Part shown: one piece after another, positions 14,750 through 23,662 of the stretch
Layout of the letters: each line of letters opens with the position of its first letter
Numbering within the stretch: position 1 is the stretch's first letter
DNA from: a virus
Lineage: Duplodnaviria > Caudoviricetes
Direction: 5' to 3' (one strand)
DNA length: 44,682 nt
IMG/VR virus record: IMGVR_UViG_3300030376_003536
Coordinates: 1-44,682 of that record
Notes under the pieces: generated by a model
Databases searched by the model: none
Seen by the model: only the letters and a program-made list of their open reading frames with translations
What the model was told of the DNA's origin: nothing
Translations under genes and position numbers: made by a program

Positions 14750-16981
14750 ATGCGTAAAAATAACTCTAGTAAAGACCCAGAAGTACAATTTACCCACGAC
14801 CTATTAAAAGAATACAGCTCATCCAGAGAAAACTGGGCAAAACAAGCTGTAGAGGATAATGAGTTTCGTAATGGTAAGCAATGGACAAAAGAACAAGCTG
14901 ACACATTACGAAATAAGGCTCAAGAACCAATTGTAGTAAATGTAATATTTTCTGCAGTAGAGCAAGCAAAAGCTATGCTCGCTGCTAATAAGCCACGATT
15001 TCAGTCAACTGCCAGAGAAACCAGCGATACAGAAGTTGGTCGTTTATTTTCTGACTTGATGTCCTACGTCTGGGATAATTCCAATGGCAACGTAGAACTC
15101 AAGCAAGCTATTGATGACTACTATGTTAAAGGCATGGGAGTTATGATGGCATATACAGACCCAGATAAAGACTTTGGTCGTGGTGAAGTTTGTCTAAAGT
15201 CAATAGACCCTCTTGAAGTATATTTTGACCCAAGCAGTAAAGATCCCTTTGCTAGAGACTGTGGTCATATTATTGTAGCAAAATTGATGAGTCAAAATCA
15301 ATTGATACAACACTTTCCAGAGTTTGAAGAAGAGATACGAAATGTTCAAGAAACAAACCATATAAATATTCCTTCTGAAAGTAGGCATTCTCTAATGTCT
15401 GAAGATGTTACTCTTAAAAGTAGAACAGCAGGAGAAGAGCTATCTGGAGATAGAGAGCTAGAAATGTTTACAAGGTATACAAAGATACGTATGCCTTATT
15501 ATAAGATTTATGACCCTTACGCTAATTCTGAGCAAGTATTAAATATCGACCAATTTGAAGAGTATAAAAAAGAAGAAGTAGTAATATTGACAGATAATAA
15601 TGGTGATACTCAAATATTTACTGAAGAAAAGCAAGTAAGAGGTTATGTTCAGTTACATGAACAGATGGGTGATACATTTCATATGATGCAAGACCCGCAA
15701 ACAGGGCAACCAATGCCTATGGCAGGGAAAGAGCATGAAGGTTCTATACCTAACTCAACTAGTTATATAGACTTAGCTACAAAAGAACATTTAATAGAAG
15801 ACAAAAGAATTTTAGTAAACGAAATAGAAGTTACAAATATAGAGCAATGTGTTTCTGTAGGTGACCATATGCTGTATAAAGCAATCCTACCTATAGAAGA
15901 ATATCCAATTGTACCATTTATGAATGGTTTTAATCGTAATCCTTATCCTATGTCTGATGTAAGACTTGTAAAAGGATTGCAAGAGTACATAAATAAAATA
16001 CGTTCATTAATTATTGCACATGCATCTAGTAGTACAAACGTAAAATTATTAATCCCTCGTGGTGCAGTAAACAAACAGCAGGTAGAACAAGATTGGGGTA
16101 GAGCAGGAACAGCGGTCATAGAGTTTGACCCAGAGTTAGGTAGTCCTATAGTAGCATCCCCTATACCTTTGCCTAATGAATTATATAAAAATGAGGCAGA
16201 TGCAAAAGCTGATATTGAAAGAATCCTTGGTATATACGCTTTAATGCAGGGCGACATGGGTGCTGCACCACAAACTTTTAAAGGAACAGTTGCTTTAGAT
16301 GAGTATGGTCAAAGACGTATTAAATCTAAAAGAGATGATATAGAAGAAGGTGTAAATCAATTAGCTAAAGTTGTTGTAGGATTAATACAACAAGTATACA
16401 CCGATGAAAAAGTTATAAGAATAATGCAACCTAATAATAAACCTAATGAAGTTGTAGTTAATAGTCCTCTTTATGATGATATAGGAAATGTTGTAGGTAA
16501 GCAAAGTGATATTACAGTTGGTAAGTATGATGTAATAGTATTGTCTGGTTCTACTCTACCAAGTAATCGTTGGGGAAGATTTGAGTACTACATGCAGTTG
16601 TATCAAGCTGGTTTAATTGACCAAATAGAGCTATTAAAACAAACTGATGTTGCAGATATGGAAGGTGTCCTTGAAAGAAATGGACAAATGAAACAATTGC
16701 AAGGTCAATTGCAAATGCAAAATGAAGAAATTAAAAAGCTTAAAGGTGATTTACAAACTGCACAGAGAGAATCATTACATGATAGAAAACGTGTAGAAGT
16801 AAAAGAATTTGAAAAGAAACTTGCTAAAGCAGAAGCAAAGGTTGAGATGGCACAAAAATTGTATCAATCTAGACTTTCTGATGAATTAAAGAATGCAAGA
16901 AATGATTTATCTAACGCTGCTGAAGATAATCCACAGCGTGAGATGAACGAAACTATACTAAGTATAAACGAAGAGAATTGA
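14750..16981 (+). CDS. Portal protein (P22 gp1-like)
   Basis: Follows TerL, with G.QW, DP....DP, YPIVPF and Q..INK motifs and a long C-terminal coiled coil. Confidence 0.9.
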   Translation: MRKNNSSKDPEVQFTHDLLKEYSSSRENWAKQAVEDNEFRNGKQWTKEQADTLRNKAQEPIVVNVIFSAVEQAKAMLAANKPRFQSTARETSDTEVGRLFSDLMSYVWDNSNGNVELKQAIDDYYVKGMGVMMAYTDPDKDFGRGEVCLKSIDPLEVYFDPSSKDPFARDCGHIIVAKLMSQNQLIQHFPEFEEEIRNVQETNHINIPSESRHSLMSEDVTLKSRTAGEELSGDRELEMFTRYTKIRMPYYKIYDPYANSEQVLNIDQFEEYKKEEVVILTDNNGDTQIFTEEKQVRGYVQLHEQMGDTFHMMQDPQTGQPMPMAGKEHEGSIPNSTSYIDLATKEHLIEDKRILVNEIEVTNIEQCVSVGDHMLYKAILPIEEYPIVPFMNGFNRNPYPMSDVRLVKGLQEYINKIRSLIIAHASSSTNVKLLIPRGAVNKQQVEQDWGRAGTAVIEFDPELGSPIVASPIPLPNELYKNEADAKADIERILGIYALMQGDMGAAPQTFKGTVALDEYGQRRIKSKRDDIEEGVNQLAKVVVGLIQQVYTDEKVIRIMQPNNKPNEVVVNSPLYDDIGNVVGKQSDITVGKYDVIVLSGSTLPSNRWGRFEYYMQLYQAGLIDQIELLKQTDVADMEGVLERNGQMKQLQGQLQMQNEEIKKLKGDLQTAQRESLHDRKRVEVKEFEKKLAKAEAKVEMAQKLYQSRLSDELKNARNDLSNAAEDNPQREMNETILSINEEN

Positions 16982-17029
16982 GGAAGCGGTTGCTGGAATT
17001 AACCAAATCGCAAAATAAGGAAAAAGAAA

Positions 17030-17932
17030 ATGGATAATTTGGAAGTAGTTGATGCTGGTTCTGCACCGAGACAGGATGTGGAAATGTTTGAAGGAGAGTT
17101 TGCTGCTGAAGCACCTCAAGTTGAAACAATTCCTAATGCTGACTTAGACCCTGTTACAGGGCAAGAGGTTGCAGCTCCAATTAGTGAACCCACAGAAAAC
17201 GGTGTTGACCAAAAGGAAGACACTAATAGGTATGAGTACTGGCAGTCACAGGCTGATAAAGCCAAGAGTGAGCTGTCTAACTTGAGAGAAGAACTAGATT
17301 ATTATAGAAATAGTATGGCTCCAGTTGAGCAAATTATTAGAAATAATCCAGAGGTTCTTGACAGTTTAGAAGCCAAGCTCTCCAATGGACAACCTGCAGG
17401 ACAAACCCAAATGGGAGTTCAGCAGTCTTCATTGAAGGAGCCTACGGAACCTGAGAAACCAGTTAATTACAATGAAGTCGATGCATATAACGACCCAGAA
17501 TCAAAATCGTTTGCGTATCGAATGGCTAAAGAAAACTATAGAGATGAATATCTTGGTTATCTTAAAGGAGTTGATGCACAAAGGCAAGCTGAATTGCAAG
17601 CTCAGTATCAACAACAAGTAGCTGAACAACAGCAACAAGCTATAACTAATCAAGCTTATAGTCATGCTGTTAACAACTATGGATGGGATAATGCAAAAGC
17701 TAATGAGTTTATCAAATGGGCAGCTGCACCAGATAATCTTTCTATGGATAATTTAGCTAAGTTATTTGAATTAAGAACAAGTGCGAACCCAGTAGTGCAA
17801 CAAAAAACACAAGAAATGCAAAATCAAGCTCAAAGGTTATCGGTACCTAAAGATCCCTCTGTAATTACAGGGAAATCTGAACAACCAAGAACTGACGAGC
17901 AAGCATTTAGTGATGCATTACTAGGTCGTTAA
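17030..17932 (+). CDS. Scaffolding protein
   Basis: Acidic, Gln-rich coiled coil between the portal and capsid genes. Confidence 0.75.
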   Translation: MDNLEVVDAGSAPRQDVEMFEGEFAAEAPQVETIPNADLDPVTGQEVAAPISEPTENGVDQKEDTNRYEYWQSQADKAKSELSNLREELDYYRNSMAPVEQIIRNNPEVLDSLEAKLSNGQPAGQTQMGVQQSSLKEPTEPEKPVNYNEVDAYNDPESKSFAYRMAKENYRDEYLGYLKGVDAQRQAELQAQYQQQVAEQQQQAITNQAYSHAVNNYGWDNAKANEFIKWAAAPDNLSMDNLAKLFELRTSANPVVQQKTQEMQNQAQRLSVPKDPSVITGKSEQPRTDEQAFSDALLGR

Positions 17933-17947
17933 TAAAGGAGTCATAAA

Positions 17948-19303
17948 ATGGCGACAGCAAAAAACATGAGTGCTGGTGGTGCTAGTGGAATCCTCTTTAC
18001 TGAAAGACGAGATTTTCACGTAGACCCACAAGTCACTAAAGAACTATGGACTGATGTTGCTCCCTTTACTACAATGGTTAGTAATCAGGAACTACGTTCA
18101 GTACCAGACCCTGTTTTCAAAATGTTTGAACACAGAAACCCATGGATTAAGCAGAATATTGTACTAGGTACATGTGCTGCTGGAAGTGGAAGTTTAGCAG
18201 TACCTGCAAATGATACAGGTATTACACTAGGCGGTGCATCTAATCCAGCAACACCAGTTGCATCAACAAACGGATTTGGTGGAGCTTCAGCAATAACTGA
18301 TGCTTTTCTAGGTTTAATTGTAGAAGTAAGAGCATCTGCAGGAACTAACAAAGGTTCTGCAGTAATCTCTAAAACAGGTGACGTTTATAAGCTAAAGAAC
18401 TTAGGTTCTGCTTTTAACTTAGCAACAGGCGACATTCTACAAGTAGTTGGTAATGCTCATGGTGAAGGTAGTTCTGCACCTGACCATTGGTCTGATGACT
18501 TAGACATGGTTTGGAATAGTACACAGATTTTCAAGACATCCTTGCAAGTTACTGGTACATTACAAGCTGCTGTTCTAAGAGGTGAATCTTCAGAATTAGC
18601 TAGACTAAGAAGACAAAAAGCTCAAGAGCATAAGATGCAAAAAGAAAAAGCTTTCTTATTTGGTAAGAGAGTAGGTGGAACAGGTCTTGATTTACAAGAT
18701 GGTTCTTCAAGTGATTCTTTTGCAGATGCTGGAAGAACTGATAAAGATGGTAATCTAATTAGAAGTACTTATGGAATTGTAAGTGCTATTGAGAACTATG
18801 GTAGTTCTACTACTAGTGATGATTATCAAAATATCTTTTCAATATCAGAAGCTTCTTATAAGTATTCTAACTTTGTAGATGATATGGAAAAAGTATTCCA
18901 GTATGTACCAGAAGCAGGTGTTAAGCGTGCTTTCGTAGGTGCTGGTGCTTTAGGATATTGGTCAAAGATGGATGGCGCTTCTTTTAACGCTGGTAAATCT
19001 GGATGGACTGTAAATCTTAGTGACATGAAGAGAGATTCCTATGGTTTTAACTATAGAACACTAGAAACTCCTCATGGAATTATTCAGTTAATCCCAACAC
19101 CAGCATTACGTGGTGACTATAACAAATACATGGTTGTAGTATCTGACGAGAATTTATTTCACGCTCAGTACAGACCAGCTATGTATCAAGCTAACATTAA
19201 GAGCGATAATGCTTTTGATGGTGTTAAAGACCAGTACATGTCTGATGAAGGACTAGGTATCCAGTTAATTGAGAGTCATTCTTTATTCAAGATTGTATCT
19301 TAA
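17948..19303 (+). CDS. Major capsid protein
   Basis: Position and size, with NSTQIF, EKAFLFG and TPHG motifs typical of HK97-fold podoviral MCPs. Strong RBS and a 3' hairpin. Confidence 0.85.
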   Translation: MATAKNMSAGGASGILFTERRDFHVDPQVTKELWTDVAPFTTMVSNQELRSVPDPVFKMFEHRNPWIKQNIVLGTCAAGSGSLAVPANDTGITLGGASNPATPVASTNGFGGASAITDAFLGLIVEVRASAGTNKGSAVISKTGDVYKLKNLGSAFNLATGDILQVVGNAHGEGSSAPDHWSDDLDMVWNSTQIFKTSLQVTGTLQAAVLRGESSELARLRRQKAQEHKMQKEKAFLFGKRVGGTGLDLQDGSSSDSFADAGRTDKDGNLIRSTYGIVSAIENYGSSTTSDDYQNIFSISEASYKYSNFVDDMEKVFQYVPEAGVKRAFVGAGALGYWSKMDGASFNAGKSGWTVNLSDMKRDSYGFNYRTLETPHGIIQLIPTPALRGDYNKYMVVVSDENLFHAQYRPAMYQANIKSDNAFDGVKDQYMSDEGLGIQLIESHSLFKIVS

Positions 19304-19320
19304 TAACTAACAATGAGTAT

Positions 19321-19338
19321 GGGGAGCTTTTGCTCCCC
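19321..19338 (+). terminator. Hairpin after the MCP gene
   Basis: GGGGAGC-TTTT-GCTCCCC, with no clear U-tract. Confidence 0.6.
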
Positions 19339-19361
19339 TGCTCTAAATAAAGGAGTAGCGT

Positions 19362-19469
19362 ATGCCAATGGGCAAGGGAACTTATGGTTCAAAAAGAGGG
19401 AGACCTCCAAAAAGAAAAAAAGGCAAATCCATGCCTAAGAAAATGGGTAAAAAGAAAAGTAAAAAATAA
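19362..19469 (+). CDS. 35 aa very basic peptide with an AT-hook (MPMGKGTYGSKRGRPPKRKK...), not in the ORF track
   Basis: AAGGAG RBS and KRGRPP core. Confidence 0.75.
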   Translation: MPMGKGTYGSKRGRPPKRKKGKSMPKKMGKKKSKK

Positions 19470-19520
19470 ACTATATAACTATGAGAGTTGCCAAGCTCGG
19501 TAAGTTATAAGGAGAACAAG

Positions 19521-19814
19521 ATGGCAAATATAAATGAATACACAGTAAAAGAAGCACAAAACATCCAGCTAGGTCAGGCTGGAGCTAAATATATTAACAA
19601 TGGTGCAGAGCATGCAGGAACATTTGTAGCAATACATTGTATAAGTAATTGCACATTTTCAAAAATGACTCCAGAAGATTCTACAAATGGTATGGGTGTT
19701 AATGGTAATGGTAATTCCATGACAGACCAATTACCTGCAGGAACAATAATTTATGGTAAATGGAGTGCATTGCAAGCAGGTAATGGACATAAATACATAG
19801 CTTATTTAGGTTAA
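19521..19814 (+). CDS. Putative virion or decoration protein (start MANINEY)
   Basis: AAGGAG RBS before 19521, small beta-rich protein. Confidence 0.6.
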   Translation: MANINEYTVKEAQNIQLGQAGAKYINNGAEHAGTFVAIHCISNCTFSKMTPEDSTNGMGVNGNGNSMTDQLPAGTIIYGKWSALQAGNGHKYIAYLG

Positions 19815-19816
19815 TA

Positions 19817-20416
19817 ATGACTTTCATAGAACAAGTAGAAGATTTAATTGGTGACCAAGATTCTGGATTAGATACTGCTATTCTACAATATTTAACAGCA
19901 TCTGCTAGAGAAGTTCAGTCTGTTTTACCACCTAGATTAAAAATGCGTTATGGTACAGAAAATGTATTAAATAATGGAAATGGTTTAGACATTGCAGATA
20001 AAGAAGCTGTAAACATAGAACGCAATGGTCGTAGTGTTTCTGAAGTACCATTGGGTAATAAAGCAGATGTAATAGATGTTAATAGTTTACATTTTGCAAC
20101 TAATAGAACACCTATATATTATATGCAAGGAACGACATTAATTATTAAGCCAGATCCCTCTGCAACAGAAGTTGCTAGATTGTATACTTTATCTTATCCA
20201 ACAGTTGCAAGTAATGATACTGCAATAACTAATATGCCAAGTACAGCTTATTACGCTGTTGTATTAGGTGCTGCTATAAAATTCTTACAGAATGTATTAA
20301 ATACACAAGTACAAACAGATGAAGATGTAGAATTAGCACAAGGTACTACAATACAAATTCAATCATTAACTCCTTTGTACACTCAAGAATTGCAGAGATT
20401 AGGAGCATTAGTATGA
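19817..20416 (+). CDS. Putative head-tail adaptor or ring protein
   Basis: Position, P.YY...LII.P.P strand and the C-terminal MPSTAYYAVVLGAA helix. Confidence 0.6.
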   Translation: MTFIEQVEDLIGDQDSGLDTAILQYLTASAREVQSVLPPRLKMRYGTENVLNNGNGLDIADKEAVNIERNGRSVSEVPLGNKADVIDVNSLHFATNRTPIYYMQGTTLIIKPDPSATEVARLYTLSYPTVASNDTAITNMPSTAYYAVVLGAAIKFLQNVLNTQVQTDEDVELAQGTTIQIQSLTPLYTQELQRLGALV

Positions 20417-20676
20417 CACAACAACAATTACATGAGTTAATTCGTGAACATCACCCAGATATGTCTGAAACAGAAATACGCACAAGATTAAATAATGCGT
20501 CAAAAGAGTTTGCTAGAAAAAGTAGAGCTATTACATCAGCATTTAATTTTAATACTGCTGTGGGTCAAAGATATTACGGATTAGATAAAAAGATTATAGA
20601 AGTAAAGCATGTTGATTATGATGGTAGAACAATTCAAAGAAGTTTAGTTAGACCAGAAAAGAGAGATTTAACATAA
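20413..20676 (+). CDS. Putative adaptor protein, N-terminal-half-like
   Basis: EIRTRLNNASKEFA and GQRYYGL patterns parallel the first half of 19817-20416. Confidence 0.5.
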   Translation: MTQQQLHELIREHHPDMSETEIRTRLNNASKEFARKSRAITSAFNFNTAVGQRYYGLDKKIIEVKHVDYDGRTIQRSLVRPEKRDLT

Positions 20677-21047
20677 TGGAACATTTATATTTTATAGAAA
20701 GAGGTGCTATAGCAATTGTAAAGCACAATGGTTTTAATGAATTTCAAAGTCCAACAGAAGTAAAAGAAGTAACAATGTTTGTAATTAAAGAAGATGATGA
20801 ATTTACATCAGGCACATCTTCTGTAGCTGATAAGATACATATGCATGAATCACCTTCATTTGACCCAGAGTTTCATGAAGCATTAGCATATAAAGTAATA
20901 TCTCAAGGATACGAAAAGAAACCAGAAACATTAGAATTAGCACAATACTTTAGAATGGCTTTTGAAGAAAAAGCTAAAGATGCTTTAGAAACTGCTAATA
21001 AGGGATTAGATGGTTCTGGATATACTATTGCAGGATATGATTTATAA
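20676..21047 (+). CDS. Putative adaptor protein, C-terminal-half-like
   Basis: DPEFHEALAYKV helix typical of phage adaptors. Confidence 0.5.
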   Translation: MEHLYFIERGAIAIVKHNGFNEFQSPTEVKEVTMFVIKEDDEFTSGTSSVADKIHMHESPSFDPEFHEALAYKVISQGYEKKPETLELAQYFRMAFEEKAKDALETANKGLDGSGYTIAGYDL

Positions 21048-21268
21048 TGGGTTTTACTCCTACATATAGTCAAGAATCAGTAATAAGTGCTACTTGGAAT
21101 TTAGCAGATGTTACATTTAGTACTGCTTCTTTTGATTTTAATTCCTTAACTGCAACAGTTATAATAGATAATACAACAACATTATCTGAGATAAGTATTG
21201 CAACTCCTGTTTACACAGCTGTACCAGAAGTTGCTATCCCAACATATTCAGAGGTTCAATATGGCTAG
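21047..21268 (+). CDS. Small hypothetical virion protein
   Basis: TAATG coupling, Thr/Ser-rich. Confidence 0.6.
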   Translation: MGFTPTYSQESVISATWNLADVTFSTASFDFNSLTATVIIDNTTTLSEISIATPVYTAVPEVAIPTYSEVQYG

Positions 21269-21815
21269 TTTACAAGATAGAGCGATAAAAGATTCGTTTA
21301 AAGATTTATTAACAGTAGCTGGTGTTACTCAAAATGAAGGATTAGAAAATGGCGCTAAAAGAGTTTTCGATGGAGAAGGCGTAGGTAGTCCTTTATATTT
21401 AGGTACTAGTACATTAGATATTGTAGGTACTACAACTATAACTGGTAATACTACAATGACTGGTAATTTAACAATTACTGGTGATTTAACAGTAGATGAT
21501 ATAGTAGCAGATGATATTAAAGGTGATACATTATCATTGCGTGACCAATCAAATGATACACAAATATCAGTAGCAAGAATTAATTACGATGCTAATGAAG
21601 GTGCAAGATTAAATATATTAAGACCAGTTATAATGAAAGAAAAAATTGAAATTAATGGTTCATCTGGAACCTTAATTCTAGAAGCCAATAATGGCTTAGA
21701 AGCAAAAACAGATGGTACGTTAAAGCTGAAAACAACAACAGCAGCTTTACCTTCCAACCCTAATAATGGGGATTTAATCAATAAAGATGGCGTAGTGTAC
21801 GTTGCTGTACAGTAG
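21261..21815 (+). CDS. Putative tail fibre/base protein (start MASLQDR)
   Basis: GAGG RBS and six-residue TITGN beta repeats. Confidence 0.6.
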   Translation: MASLQDRAIKDSFKDLLTVAGVTQNEGLENGAKRVFDGEGVGSPLYLGTSTLDIVGTTTITGNTTMTGNLTITGDLTVDDIVADDIKGDTLSLRDQSNDTQISVARINYDANEGARLNILRPVIMKEKIEINGSSGTLILEANNGLEAKTDGTLKLKTTTAALPSNPNNGDLINKDGVVYVAVQ

Positions 21816-21838
21816 GCTAATAATAGGAGAATAAAACA

Positions 21839-23320
21839 ATGGCAAATTGGAAACGAGTAATTACTACAGATGATGATAGTAGTTATAAAAATAGTAACCT
21901 TGCTGCAAGTGACATACCTGCTGACTCCATTACAGGGACAAAGATAGCTGATGACTCAATTGATTCAGAACACATAGTTGCTGATTCAATAGATTCAGAA
22001 CACTATGCCCTTGGAAGTGTAGATAGGTTTGCAATAGGTGATAATCAAGTAAGAGCAGCTGCTCTTGGTGATGATGCAGTTACAACTGTTAAAATTCAAG
22101 ATGATGCAATAACAAGTGCAAAGTTAGCTGCTGGTGCTGTAGACATAGACGCTATAGGAACAAATGCAGTACATACAGACGAGTTAAAAGCTGGAGCAGT
22201 AACTACTGCTAAAATAGCAGATGATGCAGTTACTTTTGCAAAGATGCAACATACTACAGTTAATAACAGAGTATTAGGTGCAACAACTGCAGGAGCAATT
22301 GGACAGGTGCAAGTATCTGGAAGTATGATAGCAAGTGATGCAATAACTCATGGCAAAATAGCTGATGGTGCAATAAGAGCGCCTTTAATTGCTGTAGATA
22401 TGATTAATGGTCATACTGCAGAAACAAGTATTGCAGATGCTGATGAAATATTAATATATGACGTAAGTGCTTCTGCTAATAGAAAGATGACTAAATCAGA
22501 CTTTGTATCTGGGTTAGGCGTAGATACAAACTTAACAAAAGAAGAAGTAGAAGACTTTGCTGGAGCGCTTGTAGCTACAGGTGGTACTAAAACTGGCATT
22601 AGTGTTACTTATGATGATGCTAACAATAATATGGATTTTGTCGTATCATCACAAACTGATAATAACTTTACTACTACTTTAAAAAATAAATTAGATGCTA
22701 TTGAAGCTTCTGCTGATGTTACTGATGCAACAAATGTAACAGCTGCTGGTGCTTTAATGGATTCTGAAATGACTGATTTAGCTGGTGTAAAAGGTGTTAC
22801 TATCTCTACATTACAAGTTAAACCATCAGAAGGCGCATTTGCTAATGGTGATAAAACAAAACTAGATGGAATTGAAGCAGGTGCCGATGTAACAGATAAG
22901 ATTAATGTAGCATCAGCTCTTAACTCTAATTTAGGTTCGTTAACTATCGGTGATTCAAATGATACTATCACAATTGCTGGTAACTTAGTAGTAAGTGGAG
23001 CTACAACAACTGTTAATACTGAAGAGATAAAATTAGCTGATAATACAATCGTATTAAATTCTAATGCATCTGGTACACCTTCTGAAGATGGTGGTATTGA
23101 AGTAGAACGTGGTTCAAGAGCTAATGTAAACTTAATATGGGATGAATCAGGTCATGAGTGGACATCTCAAGTTTATAAGAGTAGCGCTAATGATACTACT
23201 AATTATAATGGTAAGATCCCTGTAATACAAAGAGCATCAACTGGTACCTCTGGTTCAGATACATCAGTTGGAAGTATGTTCATTAACACAGCTACAGGTA
23301 ACGTATACATTTACAGTTAA
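21839..23320 (+). CDS. Tail fibre protein 1
   Basis: 10 aa AVTTAKIADD-type repeats and KLDGIEAGADVT repeats, with a C-terminal GGIEVERGS segment. Confidence 0.8.
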   Translation: MANWKRVITTDDDSSYKNSNLAASDIPADSITGTKIADDSIDSEHIVADSIDSEHYALGSVDRFAIGDNQVRAAALGDDAVTTVKIQDDAITSAKLAAGAVDIDAIGTNAVHTDELKAGAVTTAKIADDAVTFAKMQHTTVNNRVLGATTAGAIGQVQVSGSMIASDAITHGKIADGAIRAPLIAVDMINGHTAETSIADADEILIYDVSASANRKMTKSDFVSGLGVDTNLTKEEVEDFAGALVATGGTKTGISVTYDDANNNMDFVVSSQTDNNFTTTLKNKLDAIEASADVTDATNVTAAGALMDSEMTDLAGVKGVTISTLQVKPSEGAFANGDKTKLDGIEAGADVTDKINVASALNSNLGSLTIGDSNDTITIAGNLVVSGATTTVNTEEIKLADNTIVLNSNASGTPSEDGGIEVERGSRANVNLIWDESGHEWTSQVYKSSANDTTNYNGKIPVIQRASTGTSGSDTSVGSMFINTATGNVYIYS

Positions 23321-23517
23321 TGTCTAAGTATACTAAGATAGATGACAACAAGCCTGTTGTAAAAGAGCATGATTCTGAATTATCTTTAAATATTAAAGAT
23401 ACAGACTTTCTACTACGTTTAATTAAAAGAAGTTCTTTTAGTGGCGAAGAAATAGAAGTTGGATATAAAGTAATTCAGAAACTAGGAATAATACATAGGA
23501 GTTATCTTGAAGATTGA
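23320..23517 (+). CDS. Small protein, possible fibre chaperone
   Basis: TAATG coupling to fibre 1. Confidence 0.55.
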   Translation: MSKYTKIDDNKPVVKEHDSELSLNIKDTDFLLRLIKRSSFSGEEIEVGYKVIQKLGIIHRSYLED

Positions 23518-23662
23518 TTTAGATATAACAGCTTTAAATGTTATCAGTTCTTCTCTAAAAAATGTTACTTTAAAAGGTGAAGATGCTGTAGCATTTGCTA
23601 AAGTAATAACCAAAATAGACACAGCATTTGAGAAGGAGTTAGGAAAACAGAAGAATGGCTAG
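23507..23662 (+). CDS. Small protein (51 aa, TTG start, MKIDLDITALNVI...), possible fibre chaperone, not in the ORF track
   Basis: AGGAG RBS. LKGEDAVAFAKVITKI resembles FSGEEIEVGYKVIQKL of the preceding gene. Confidence 0.6.
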   Translation: MKIDLDITALNVISSSLKNVTLKGEDAVAFAKVITKIDTAFEKELGKQKNG

